Counted from the stretch's first letter, positions 37,578 through 47,188 are shown. The stretch is 64,000 nt of DNA from Candidatus Aenigmatarchaeota archaeon (GCA_038998335.1 JAVZHQ010000001.1:128001-192000); one strand, 5' to 3'. Made by a program: numbers and translations. Notes: generated by a model not told the origin, from the sequence alone.

Positions 37578-38476
37578 CTTCTTATCTCACCTCCTGGAAT
37601 TATTGGCATTAAGCTTGCTTCATAAACACACTTTAATCCGCAAACATACCTTGTTAACCTTTCTAGACCAATACCAAATCCAGAGGTAGGTTTTAAACTT
37701 TTAATACTTTTCAAGTACCATTTACACTTAGCTATTTCTGTTCCTTTAATTTTTTCAACAATCTTCTTTTCTTCATATTCCCTTTCGCTTCCTGAACATG
37801 CTTCACCAAACCCAGAATCATAGATTAAATCAAAATCCAAAAGTTTTTCACCGTCAATTTTTTCATAAAACCCTCTTGAACCTTTAGGATAATGAGTTAT
37901 GAAAAAAGGTTGAATAAACTTTTTAGATAACTCTTTTTCTACTTCCCAAGGTATCTCTTTGCCAGAAGAAACATGAAGACCCATTTTTCTAGCTATTTCT
38001 AAAGCTTCTCCGTAGCTTATTCTTTTAAATGGAATTCTTGGCACTCTAAGCTTTCTGCCTAAGATCTTTAACTCTTTCTTGCATTTCTTTTTCACTTTTT
38101 TACAAACAAACTGTATTAACCTTTCTAAAACTCTCATCGCATCTTCTTGCTTACCTAAAACTTCAACTTCTACTTGCCAAAATTGCGCTAAATGTCTTTT
38201 TGTTTTCTTACATTCTTCTGGCTCTTTTCTAAAACAAGGACAAAAAGAAAATATTTTTCCAAAATGTTTTGCTAATAAAGGTTTATGGACTGTTAAAGCG
38301 CTCATTAGTTTGTATTTTTTTCCATAAGCTTCTACCTCAAAAAATTTCGCACCTCTTATTCCTGGGTCAGTTATCGAATCTAAAAGAGGAGGAAGTATTT
38401 CTAAAAACCCTTCTCGATAAAGAAACTCTCTTATCGCTTTCATAACTTCTTCTTGTACCTTAAGCACAGCTTTCAT
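37568..38476 (-). CDS. AsnRS-related asparagine synthetase (catalytic domain only)
   Basis: Class IIb aaRS core without anticodon-binding domain; TDPG, RHLAQF, SGSERE, GFGIGLER. Confidence 0.82.
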   Translation of the reverse strand: MKAVLKVQEEVMKAIREFLYREGFLEILPPLLDSITDPGIRGAKFFEVEAYGKKYKLMSALTVHKPLLAKHFGKIFSFCPCFRKEPEECKKTKRHLAQFWQVEVEVLGKQEDAMRVLERLIQFVCKKVKKKCKKELKILGRKLRVPRIPFKRISYGEALEIARKMGLHVSSGKEIPWEVEKELSKKFIQPFFITHYPKGSRGFYEKIDGEKLLDFDLIYDSGFGEACSGSEREYEEKKIVEKIKGTEIAKCKWYLKSIKSLKPTSGFGIGLERLTRYVCGLKCVYEASLMPIIPGGEIRRPW

Positions 38477-38504
38477 TTTTTTTGAGTAAATTCCGCATCT
38501 CTTC

Positions 38505-38657
38505 TCACCTTTCCAAACTTGCGGGAATTATACTAGCAACAACTCTAGAGCCAAACTTTATCTTTAACTTTTTTCTTATAGGAGCAGGAACTAAAATCCT
38601 TCCGCGATCGTCAAGAGTAGCAACAAAACTAAAGAAATCTTCATCTTCTTGCTTCAA
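38505..38657 (-). CDS. AbrB/SpoVT (MraZ-like) DNA-binding protein, 50 aa (not in ORF track)
   Basis: TTG start; FVATLDDRGRILVPAPIRKKLKIKFGSRV. Confidence 0.8.
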   Translation of the reverse strand: MKQEDEDFFSFVATLDDRGRILVPAPIRKKLKIKFGSRVVASIIPASLER

Positions 38658-38842
38658 AGTTTTGACGACCGCCCAATGTTTTCACCTTTTTAATTTTTTC
38701 TCATCAAAAATATTTAAATTTATGTGGGAAATTTTTCAAGAAAAGTTTTTTGTTTAACATAAAAGTTTAACAAAAGTAGTTACAAAAAAATATAGAAAAT
38801 TCTACAATAATCAATTTAAATAAGCTAGAATAAAAGAATTTT

Positions 38843-38916
38843 ACGGGTTAATTAAACGGGTTAAAACTTACGGATTAAATTGCGGGTTTTGTACGGGTTT
38901 GAATTAGATACGGGTT
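38843..38916 (+). repeat. Six direct repeats of RCGGRTT upstream of ftsZ
   Basis: Copies start at 38843, 38856, 38870, 38882, 38893 and 38910. Confidence 0.85.
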
Positions 38917-39012
38917 AGACTTTACCTAATTCTAAGATAAAATATTTGAAAACCTTTATAAATGGTTTTCGATGAAACAAAATATATTTTGTTGAAGATG
39001 GGAGGATTGAAA

Positions 39013-40161
39013 ATGGAAAGTATTGTTCAAAGCGCTTTGAAGAGAACATTCGGAGAGGACTCTCCAACAACAAGATTTAAATTAGAATCAACTTCTGGAG
39101 CTACGTTTTCCAGCGTTGATTATTATAAACTAGCAGAGCAGGAATTTGGATTTTCAGTTAAAAAAGCAAAGATTGTTGTAGTAGGATGTGGAGGAGCAGG
39201 TCAAAATGCTGTGACAAGATTAACAGAAATGGGAATAGAAGGAGCAACAACTGTTTCTTTAAACTCAGACGCAAAACACTTAGCAGTAGGAAAAGCTGAC
39301 AAGAAAATTTTGATAGGAAAAGAATTAACAAAAGGTTTAGGTTGTGGTGGTTATCCAGAAATTGGAAGAAAGTGTGCAGAAGAATCAAGAAACGAAATTA
39401 AAGAAGCTTTGGAAGGAGCTGACTTAGTTTTTGCCATAGCAGGATTAGGAAAAGGAACAGGCACAGGTAGCATACCAGTAGTTTGCGAGATTGCTAAAAG
39501 TATGGGAGCAATCGTAATAGCAGTAGTTACCATGCCTTTCAAGCTTGAGGGAGCAAGGATTTCAAAAGCAGAACAAGGTTTAGCTGCTCTTAGGCAAGTT
39601 ACAGATACTGTTATAGTAATAGAAAACGATAAACTTTTGAAGTATGCTGGTAACTTATCCATACAACAAGCATTTGCAGTAGCTGATGAGCTAATAGCAA
39701 GCATGGTTAAAGGAATAACTGAAACTATTACTCTACCAAGCTTGGTGAACTTAGATTATGCAGACGTTAAAGCAGTAATGCACACAGGAGGAGTTGCTGC
39801 AATAGGTGTTGGTGAAAGTAACAGCTCAGACAGAGCAAGAGACGCTATAACAAAAGCTTTGCTCAATCCTTTGTTAGAGGTTGATTACACAGGAGCAACA
39901 GGAGCTTTGATTCACATAACAGGTGGGCCAGACCTTAAGCTAGAAGAAGTAAACATGATAGGAGAAACTGTTTCTCAACACTTAGACCCAAGCGCCCAAG
40001 TCTTCTGGGGAGCTAGAATTTTGCCAGAGTTTGAAGGAAAAGTTCAGGTAATTGCAATAATAACAGGAGTTAAGTCGCCCTACATCTTAGGTCCAGTAAC
40101 TTATGAGAGGCCTGTAGTTAAGGAAATCAGCGAGACCTTGGGAATTGATATAATTAGATAA
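39013..40161 (+). CDS. ftsZ: Cell division protein FtsZ
   Basis: GCGGAGQN, GLGCGG.PE, GLGKGTGTG, NLDYAD; GGAGG SD before ATG 39013. Confidence 0.95.
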   Translation: MESIVQSALKRTFGEDSPTTRFKLESTSGATFSSVDYYKLAEQEFGFSVKKAKIVVVGCGGAGQNAVTRLTEMGIEGATTVSLNSDAKHLAVGKADKKILIGKELTKGLGCGGYPEIGRKCAEESRNEIKEALEGADLVFAIAGLGKGTGTGSIPVVCEIAKSMGAIVIAVVTMPFKLEGARISKAEQGLAALRQVTDTVIVIENDKLLKYAGNLSIQQAFAVADELIASMVKGITETITLPSLVNLDYADVKAVMHTGGVAAIGVGESNSSDRARDAITKALLNPLLEVDYTGATGALIHITGGPDLKLEEVNMIGETVSQHLDPSAQVFWGARILPEFEGKVQVIAIITGVKSPYILGPVTYERPVVKEISETLGIDIIR

Positions 40162-40182
40162 AATGCACCTTTTTGGTGCATT
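40162..40182 (+). terminator. Hairpin immediately after the ftsZ stop
   Basis: AATGCACC-TTTTT-GGTGCATT. Confidence 0.45.
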
Positions 40183-40198
40183 AAAAAGGGGCGATGGT

Positions 40199-40270
40199 AT
40201 GGACGAGGATATACCAGACCCATTAGAAGATGCCGACTGGGATGAGGAAGAGGAAGAAGAGTTTTGGTGA
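40199..40270 (+). CDS. Putative acidic micropeptide MDEDIPDPLEDADWDEEEEEEFW
   Basis: 23-aa ORF after an SD-like AGGGGCGA; purine-rich coding pattern. Confidence 0.5.
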   Translation: MDEDIPDPLEDADWDEEEEEEFW

Positions 40271-40297
40271 TTCTTTCTTTTTCTTCTTTTTATTTTT

Positions 40298-40564
40298 TCA
40301 AACCCACTTGATTAAACCAGACTTCTGTAATTTCTCTAAAATTCCAAGAACAGCAGCTTTTACTATATCTCTATTTCCATTAACAGAAAAAACATCAACT
40401 ATTTGCTCTATATCAGATTTTCCATCGCATTGAATCCAAACAAGAAAGGCTATAGGGTCAAGAGTATAGGTTTCATTCGTGTCTTTATCAAGAAGAAGAT
40501 AAACATCCCCAGCTTTACTCCAGATTAACTCTTTTGTTCTTTGTGGTTTCTTTCCTTCGTTCAT
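40298..40564 (-). CDS. PqqD-family protein
   Basis: YTLDPIAFLVWIQCDGKSDIEQIV...LEKLQKSGLI. Confidence 0.8.
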   Translation of the reverse strand: MNEGKKPQRTKELIWSKAGDVYLLLDKDTNETYTLDPIAFLVWIQCDGKSDIEQIVDVFSVNGNRDIVKAAVLGILEKLQKSGLIKWV

Positions 40565-40857
40565 ACTGCTCCAGTTTCAGCCATTTCTCCTTCTTCGCTG
40601 ACTTCTGGTGTTTGAATATGCTTGATGATTACTATATCGCCAACTGCTTGAACCATGTTATAAGGCACTACAAGACCTTTCTTACTTCCTACTAACTTTC
40701 CTAGGAATGACTCTTTCGCTGCTTCTATCACTAAAGCTCTAACTTTGAACCTTGAAAGGTCAAGCTCAACGTCTGAAACCTTTCCACAATAGAAACCTTT
40801 CCCAGTGAAAACATCTTTTCCAAACATCTCTTGAATATCTTTAACTGTTATAGGCAT
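40561..40857 (-). CDS. PRC-barrel protein (CdpB-like)
   Basis: GKDVFT..G..GKVSDV...VPY..V.AVGDIVII. Confidence 0.85.
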   Translation of the reverse strand: MPITVKDIQEMFGKDVFTGKGFYCGKVSDVELDLSRFKVRALVIEAAKESFLGKLVGSKKGLVVPYNMVQAVGDIVIIKHIQTPEVSEEGEMAETGAV

Positions 40858-40970
40858 TTTTACTCCTCCTTATAAAATTTGTATTTAAAATAATATAAGG
40901 ATTCTTATTTTTAAAAAGCTTAAACAAATTTAAAGCTCTAAATAAAAAATTAAATTGGTTACGTAGCTAG

Positions 40971-41056
40971 GCCCGGGTCGCACAACCTGGTAGTGCACTA
41001 GCCTGCTAAGCTAGGGAGCCTTTTGGCTCTTGCGGGTTCAAATCCCGCCCCGGGCG
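40971..41056 (+). tRNA. tRNA-Ser(GCT)
   Basis: CTAGC-CT-GCT-AA-GCTAG; long variable arm. Confidence 0.95.
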
Positions 41057-41095
41057 TTACAACTTTATAATTTTTCTAATCAATAAAAATTTTAA

Positions 41096-41920
41096 ATGAT
41101 AGATTATCATCTTCACACAGATTATACCCAAGACGCGAAAGGTAAAGTTGAAGATTACTGTAAAGTTGCTAAAGAAAGAAATCTTAAGGAAATTGCTTTT
41201 GCCAATCATTTCAACATAATTAAACTTAACTTGCCTGGAGAAAGCATACTTCCTCAGCAAATACCAGAACATTTTCAAAATATAGAAAAAGCAAGGAAAG
41301 AGTTTGGACTTAAAATAAAATTTGGTCTAGAAGTTGATTATTGGAGTTCTGAACATGGAAGAATAGAAAAAGTTTTGAAAGAACATGAGTTTGATTTTCT
41401 TTTAGGTTCTGTTCATTATGTTGGGAATATTTTAATAGCTGGAAAGCTTGAAGACTCTATTGGTTTTTTTAAGAACAAGAGCTTACAAGAAGCTTATAGG
41501 ATATACTTCGATAGGGTTATCGAAACTGTAGAAAGCAATCTTTTTGATGTTTTAGCTCATCCCGATTACATAAGAAAAAATGCAAAAAAATTTTTTGGTA
41601 AAGAATTGCCTTTTGAAAAATACAGAAAGCTTGTAGAAAAAGTAATAGAAGCTCTACTTACTAACGATACAGGAATTGAAATTAATACTTCTGGATTTTT
41701 TCACGGAATTAACGATTTCTTTCCAAGTTATGAATTTCTTAAACTTTGTTTAGAGTCTGGTGTGAAAGTTGTGACAGTAGGCTCAGATGCCCATTTGCCA
41801 GAAAGGGTTGGTGATAGGATAAAAGAAGCTTTGGAAAGGTTGAAAGAAATTGGGTTTAGAAAAATTTATTATTATGATAAAAGGAAGAAGAAAGGAATGC
41901 TGATAAAAAATCTTGTTTAA
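41096..41920 (+). CDS. PHP-family phosphatase (histidinol-phosphatase HisJ-like)
   Basis: DYHLHT, GLEVD, GSVH, AHPD, EINTS, GSDAH. Confidence 0.88.
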   Translation: MIDYHLHTDYTQDAKGKVEDYCKVAKERNLKEIAFANHFNIIKLNLPGESILPQQIPEHFQNIEKARKEFGLKIKFGLEVDYWSSEHGRIEKVLKEHEFDFLLGSVHYVGNILIAGKLEDSIGFFKNKSLQEAYRIYFDRVIETVESNLFDVLAHPDYIRKNAKKFFGKELPFEKYRKLVEKVIEALLTNDTGIEINTSGFFHGINDFFPSYEFLKLCLESGVKVVTVGSDAHLPERVGDRIKEALERLKEIGFRKIYYYDKRKKKGMLIKNLV

Positions 41921-41978
41921 ATTTGTTATAGAAATTTTTTTAAAGAATTAGTAATTAATGAATAATTAATAGATATAT

Positions 41979-42049
41979 GGGCCCGTAGTCTAACGGTAGG
42001 ACGTCGCCCTGACGCGGCGAAGAAAGGAGTTCAATTCTCCTCGGGCCCA
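41979..42049 (+). tRNA. tRNA-Val(GAC)
   Basis: TCGCC-CT-GAC-GC-GGCGA. Confidence 0.93.
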
Positions 42050-42058
42050 TGTGAAAAA

Positions 42059-42409
42059 ATGGATTTAAAGGAAATAGCAAAGTTCCAAAGAGAATTTGAT
42101 AAAAAGCATGGGTGGGATTGGTCCAAATCTTCAAAAGAAGAAAAAATTAAACATTTGCAATATGCTACAATAGCTTTAGCAGGCGAAGTTGGAGAATTTG
42201 CAAATACTGTTAAAAAAATTTTGAGAGAGTTCAATTTCTCAAGAGAAATTCCGAAAGGAGAATATGAAAAATTAAAAGAAGAGATAATAGATGTTTTTGT
42301 CTACTTCATTAAAATTGCAGACCAACTTTTAGAGTTAGATGTGGAAAAAGAATACTTGAAAAAAATGGAAAAAAATGAGAAAAGATTCGCAAAGTTTAAA
42401 AGTAAATGA
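42059..42409 (+). CDS. MazG-like nucleotide pyrophosphohydrolase
   Basis: LAGEVGEFAN...KEEIIDV. Confidence 0.85.
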   Translation: MDLKEIAKFQREFDKKHGWDWSKSSKEEKIKHLQYATIALAGEVGEFANTVKKILREFNFSREIPKGEYEKLKEEIIDVFVYFIKIADQLLELDVEKEYLKKMEKNEKRFAKFKSK

Positions 42410-42437
42410 ATTTTTAAGCTTAAAACAAAATATAATT

Positions 42438-42872
42438 ATGGGAATTAATTTAGCAGTGGATGCGATAGTTGAAAAAGGGAACAAAATTCTTTTGATAACA
42501 AGGGCTTCAGAGCCTTTTGAAGGGATGCTTGCTCTTCCTGGCGGATTTGTTGAAGAAGGAGAAAAAGTTGAACAAGCTTTGATAAGAGAGGTTGAGGAAG
42601 AAACTTCTATTGTGATTAAGCCGAAAGAGATTTTGGGAGTTTATTCAGACCCAGAAAGAGATCCTAGAGGACATACAGTTTCAATAGTTTTTGTTGCTGA
42701 AGTTGCTGGTGGTGAGCTAGAAGCTGGAGGAGACGCCGAAGATGCAGATTGGTACGAGCTCAAAAAAATAAACTTGAAAAAGCTTGCTTTCGATCATGCA
42801 CGAATCCTTAAAGATTATAGCAAATGGCTAAAGAAGAAAAGAACTTTTTGGTCAAGCCTTGAGGTTAAGTAA
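42438..42872 (+). CDS. NUDIX hydrolase
   Basis: LPGGFVEEGE...REVEEET, RDPRGH, LAFDH. Confidence 0.92.
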   Translation: MGINLAVDAIVEKGNKILLITRASEPFEGMLALPGGFVEEGEKVEQALIREVEEETSIVIKPKEILGVYSDPERDPRGHTVSIVFVAEVAGGELEAGGDAEDADWYELKKINLKKLAFDHARILKDYSKWLKKKRTFWSSLEVK

Positions 42873-43496
42873 TTTCTCAATTTTTTCCGCTATAATTTCT
42901 GTGCATTTTTCCGCTACCTCTAAAGGTTCGCTATCCGCTTTAACATATTCAACGTTAAACTTTTTAACTAAATCTTCTGGAAGGTTATAGTAAACTTCTG
43001 CTTGTTTTTCAAGATAGTTTGCTTCTTCAAAAAAGTCAAACAACCTTTTACTTAAGTATTTTCTATTTTTAAGTTCTTCAACTGGAACTTTAAGGATTAA
43101 AGTTAGAATAGGCATGTTTTTATCAAACTTATTTATTTCGTCTAGCCAGGAAAAGTCGACTTTCCCTAGAATTCCTTGGTAAATGTAAGTAGTGAGTAAA
43201 GATCTTTCCTGAATAACAAGAAATTTTTCTTTTAATTCTTCCAGAGGCTTTATCGAATTCAAATAATGAAACAAATGGTCTGCTGCATAAACCAAAGCAA
43301 AAACTTCTTGAGCAGGAGTCTCTTTCATACTTCTTAAAATATCTGTAAACGCTCCGGTAACAAAACTTGTTGGCAGTTCGGTTCTTTTTATCTTAAGGTG
43401 TTTATACTTTTTTCTTAGCAGTTCCGTTACTATGTTTGCTATCGTTGTCTTTCCACAAAAGTCTGGGCCGTCTATACTTACAACAAAAACTGCCAT
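42852..43496 (-). CDS. tmk: Thymidylate kinase
   Basis: DGPDFCGKTT, ERS...YQG. Confidence 0.82.
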   Translation of the reverse strand: MAVFVVSIDGPDFCGKTTIANIVTELLRKKYKHLKIKRTELPTSFVTGAFTDILRSMKETPAQEVFALVYAADHLFHYLNSIKPLEELKEKFLVIQERSLLTTYIYQGILGKVDFSWLDEINKFDKNMPILTLILKVPVEELKNRKYLSKRLFDFFEEANYLEKQAEVYYNLPEDLVKKFNVEYVKADSEPLEVAEKCTEIIAEKIEKLLNLKA

Positions 43497-43527
43497 AATT
43501 TCTTTAAAGCTTACAATAAATAAATTT

Positions 43528-43932
43528 TTATTCTTTTATCTCGTTTTCTATCACACTGAGCCTTAGAATTATGTAAACTATTAAAGTTGCTATACTAGCT
43601 AGTAAATAATAACCTACACCTACAGCTATTCCTATCGAAGCAACAACCCATAAAGAGGCTGCTGTGGTTAGGCCAATAACTTTTTCTTTGAACTGAAAGA
43701 TTGTGCCACCACCAATAAACCCTATTCCAACTATGATGTAAGCTGCCATTCTTGAAGTGTCAGCGTTTGGAAATGCTGTTAAAGACATTATTGTTAAAAG
43801 GGTTGAACCTAAACAAATTAACATATGAGTTCTTAAACCTGCAGGTTTTGCCCTTATTTGTCTTTCATAGCCAATCAAACTACCAAGAAAAACAGAAAGA
43901 AGCAGTTTAAGTACCATTTCAACTTCTTCCAT
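43528..43932 (-). CDS. MgtC/SapB-family membrane protein
   Basis: IGYER...AGLRTH, GIGFIGGG, GLTTAA. Confidence 0.92.
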   Translation of the reverse strand: MEEVEMVLKLLLSVFLGSLIGYERQIRAKPAGLRTHMLICLGSTLLTIMSLTAFPNADTSRMAAYIIVGIGFIGGGTIFQFKEKVIGLTTAASLWVVASIGIAVGVGYYLLASIATLIVYIILRLSVIENEIKE

Positions 43933-43963
43933 AATTTAATTTAATAAAACTGAATATTTATCT

Positions 43964-46762
43964 TTAAACACTCCAGTATCTTCTAGTTTTTAAGTAGTTT
44001 CTTTCTGCTTCAAGTATGCTTTTGAAAAGCTCCTCTTCATTCTTATGAAACTTTGACAAGATCTTTATAGTAGTATCTGGGCCTATGCCTTTACCTGCTA
44101 AACAATAAGCTGCTTTTTTTCCATAAGTTAAAAATAAGTCTGCACTCTTTCTTATCCTTTCAAACTTCTTTTTTTCTTCTTCTGTTAATCCTAAGTTCCT
44201 TAACCTTTTCTTCGCTATTTTTAATGCTTGCTGATCATTAGGTTTAGTAATTCCCAGCAAGCGAGCATCACATCTTTTGCATTTCAAATTTTCTGGCAAA
44301 TCTTTTAAAACAAAAGTTTGGTTCCATTCGCAACAATTCAAACAGATGAATTTAAGCTTTGTAGCCAAAAGTCTTTGTTTGAAAAGTTTAAAAATTTCTG
44401 GTTCAGGTCTTGAAGGACCAAGAACTTCTAAGTATTTGTGCCTAAGCCCAACTTTTCCTAAAAAAGACAAGCCTGGCTTAAAAACAACTTTTATTTCTCC
44501 ATTTTGAATCTTTTTAAGCACTTCCTTACTTCTTTCTATGTCAAGCTTTTCCACTTCCAATTCCTTCAAAGTTTCCTTGAAAATTGGCGTACCAATATAA
44601 CTTTCAATTATTCTTTTTATAGTTGTTTTCCCATAATCTGCATCTTTTGCTATAGAGCCGAATCTTTTTGCAACATGCACAAACTTCCATTCAAACAACT
44701 CGCTTTTACTCGAGCTTATTTCTAGGTAATTTCTTAAAAGTTCTGGGTTTGTGTTAAAAAGTATCTCTTTGATTAATTCAAGATTTTTATTCTGAAGCTG
44801 AAGAATTATTCTATAGGCATCAGTTTTTAAACCTACTGAACCAATTCTTGGAGTTAAAAGTGCAGAAATGAATCTACCAAGAGTTTCGTTTACTAAAGAA
44901 CCAAAACAAGAATGAATAATTATTGTGTTTTCATAATCCTCAACAACGATAGTTTTGTCATCAGGAATTACACCATAACTTAACTGTTTTTTTATAGTCT
45001 CAATCATCTTCCTTGCACAATTTTTTTCTATCGGATAAAGTTCTAGCAATTTTTTTGTTGTTTCTTCTTCGTCTTCTTCAAGCAAGCTAGCAATTAAGCT
45101 TCTTAATCTTCCAACCTCTTGAGAAACTTCAAAAGGAACAGGTATTAATTCTCCTTCCCATGCTGGTATAGCAGCCTCTATATCAAGAGTTGGTTCAACT
45201 ATTATCTTATCTTCCTTTACATCCAAAACTCTCCAGGCCTCACCCTTAACTATAAAGCTACTTCCTATTCCAGCATGTAAAGCAACAAACTCCTCGTCTA
45301 AAACCCCAACAAAACTATTATCTAAAGAATTAAAAATTTTGAATTGCTTAACGTCAGGAATTGTTGAAAGTTGGTTAAAATAATACTCAAAACCCCTTCT
45401 TCTCTTTTTTATTTCTTTATCCAGGAATATTAGGCCTAGTTGCTGAAGTTGTTTACAAACTTCTAAAAATTCTGTATAACTTAAATTTCTGTAAGGATAA
45501 GCTCTTTTAACTATTTCATAGGCCTTTTCAACGCTTATTCTCCAAAAATCATGAGTGAGGCCAACTATCTGATGAGCTAAAACATCATAGGAATTTTCAT
45601 GAAATCTCAATTCTTCCAACTCTTCTTTCAAAGCTTTTCTTGCTATTACTGCAGACTCAAAAATATCATCTTCGTCAGTTGAAATTATTATACCTTTAGC
45701 CACTCTTTCAACTTCATGCCCACTTCTTCCAACTCTTTGAATTAATTGTGTTACTTGCCTAGGACTCATATACTGAAGAACTAAATCCACGCTACCTACA
45801 TCTATTCCAAGTTGTAAAGAACTTGTTGAAACTATTGATTTTATTTTTTCCTGTTTAAATTCTTTCTCAGTTTTGATTCTAATCTCTTTACTTAAGCTTG
45901 AGTGATGCACACCAACAGGAAAGTTTTTATCTATGGCTTTTATTCTTGATGCTAAAATTTCAGCAAACTCTCTTGTGTTAGTAAATGTTAAAACTGAACG
46001 AGATCTTTTAATCATTTCCATTATAAACCTAAGCCTTGCAGCAGTTTCTGGAGAAGCGAATATTTTTTCGCTTATTTTCTTATCTATACGCTCAGGTCTA
46101 GGATGAAACACTTTTATTTTCATTCCTTTTGGAAAAGTTGCTTTTATTATTTCTATTGGCCTGTTAGGTGATATGAACTTTGCAACTTTTTCTGGTGAAC
46201 CTACGGTTGCACTTAATCCTATAACCTGAAACTCTTTACAAATTTCTCTCAATCTTTCTAGGGCTAAACTCAATTGCGTTCCTCTTTTTGAGTCAACTAT
46301 TTCATGCACTTCATCTATTACTACCCATTTCACGTTGCTCAAATGTTCCCTTATCTTCTTTCCAGGCAAAATTGCTTGTAAAGTTTCTGGGGTTGTGATA
46401 AGTAAAGAAGGAGGGAACTCTACTTGCAACTTTCTTTCGTAAGCGCTTGTATCTCCATGTCTCACAGAAGCTTCTATTCCAATTTCATTACACCACCATA
46501 AAAGCCTTTCCAGAAGGTCTCGGTTAAGGGCTTTAAGAGGAGTAATGTAAAGAATACTTATAGGCTTAGGCTTTTGTTCTATAAGAAAATGAAATAAAGG
46601 AAGCATACAACTTTCAGTTTTTCCTGTGCCTGTTGGAGCAATAACTAAAACATTCTTTCCTTCTAAAATAGGTGGAATTGCAAGTTTTTGCGGTAAAGTT
46701 GGTTGTTTAAACCTTTTTTCTATAATTTTTCTTAGTTGAGGGTTAAGTAGCTCAAATACCAT
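43964..46762 (-). CDS. lhr: Lhr-like SF2 DEAD/DEAH helicase
   Basis: APTGTGKT, DEVH, SAT, QRVGRSGH, C-terminal Zn finger. Confidence 0.9.
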   Translation of the reverse strand: MVFELLNPQLRKIIEKRFKQPTLPQKLAIPPILEGKNVLVIAPTGTGKTESCMLPLFHFLIEQKPKPISILYITPLKALNRDLLERLLWWCNEIGIEASVRHGDTSAYERKLQVEFPPSLLITTPETLQAILPGKKIREHLSNVKWVVIDEVHEIVDSKRGTQLSLALERLREICKEFQVIGLSATVGSPEKVAKFISPNRPIEIIKATFPKGMKIKVFHPRPERIDKKISEKIFASPETAARLRFIMEMIKRSRSVLTFTNTREFAEILASRIKAIDKNFPVGVHHSSLSKEIRIKTEKEFKQEKIKSIVSTSSLQLGIDVGSVDLVLQYMSPRQVTQLIQRVGRSGHEVERVAKGIIISTDEDDIFESAVIARKALKEELEELRFHENSYDVLAHQIVGLTHDFWRISVEKAYEIVKRAYPYRNLSYTEFLEVCKQLQQLGLIFLDKEIKKRRRGFEYYFNQLSTIPDVKQFKIFNSLDNSFVGVLDEEFVALHAGIGSSFIVKGEAWRVLDVKEDKIIVEPTLDIEAAIPAWEGELIPVPFEVSQEVGRLRSLIASLLEEDEEETTKKLLELYPIEKNCARKMIETIKKQLSYGVIPDDKTIVVEDYENTIIIHSCFGSLVNETLGRFISALLTPRIGSVGLKTDAYRIILQLQNKNLELIKEILFNTNPELLRNYLEISSSKSELFEWKFVHVAKRFGSIAKDADYGKTTIKRIIESYIGTPIFKETLKELEVEKLDIERSKEVLKKIQNGEIKVVFKPGLSFLGKVGLRHKYLEVLGPSRPEPEIFKLFKQRLLATKLKFICLNCCEWNQTFVLKDLPENLKCKRCDARLLGITKPNDQQALKIAKKRLRNLGLTEEEKKKFERIRKSADLFLTYGKKAAYCLAGKGIGPDTTIKILSKFHKNEEELFKSILEAERNYLKTRRYWSV

Positions 46763-46889
46763 AATTACCCACTGAACAATTCTGGAGAATATAATATAAA
46801 TTTACTTTGTATAAAAAACAATAAAATAAACCTTGTTCTTAAACTTTTTTATCGAAAGGCTTAAAAACCTTTAAATCCAAATTCAAGGA

Positions 46890-47180
46890 ATGCTTTATTT
46901 TAAAAAAAGTCTTGAAAAAGATGGAAAAGAAAGGCATAGAGGAGAATTTGAAATAATAGCAGATATTCTATCTCTTACTTCAAAACCAATAAACAAAACA
47001 CAAATAATGTACAAAGCCAACTTAAGCTTTTTACAGCTTGAACGTTACCTTAAAAAAGTTTTGAGTTGTGGCTTAGTTGAGCAGAAAAATTCACCCATAA
47101 CCTATAAAATAACAGAAAAAGGAAAAAAGTTTCTTGAGATTTATTCTCAAATTATGCAAATTTTATATTCTGAACAATAA
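46890..47180 (+). CDS. Winged-helix transcription regulator
   Basis: EIIADIL...KTQIMYKANLS...Y.ITEKG. Confidence 0.85.
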   Translation: MLYFKKSLEKDGKERHRGEFEIIADILSLTSKPINKTQIMYKANLSFLQLERYLKKVLSCGLVEQKNSPITYKITEKGKKFLEIYSQIMQILYSEQ

Positions 47181-47188
47181 TTATTCTT

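Noticed and set aside
38476-38498. Out-of-frame ATG and A7 run upstream of the asparagine synthetase as a frameshift signal
   Set aside because: The in-frame ATG gives a complete protein, and A-runs are common in this genome.
38482-38757. 91-aa plus-strand ORF
   Set aside because: It is the antisense shadow of the AbrB-like gene.
40230-40433. 67-aa plus-strand ORF
   Set aside because: It runs through a T-rich tract and antisense to the PqqD gene.
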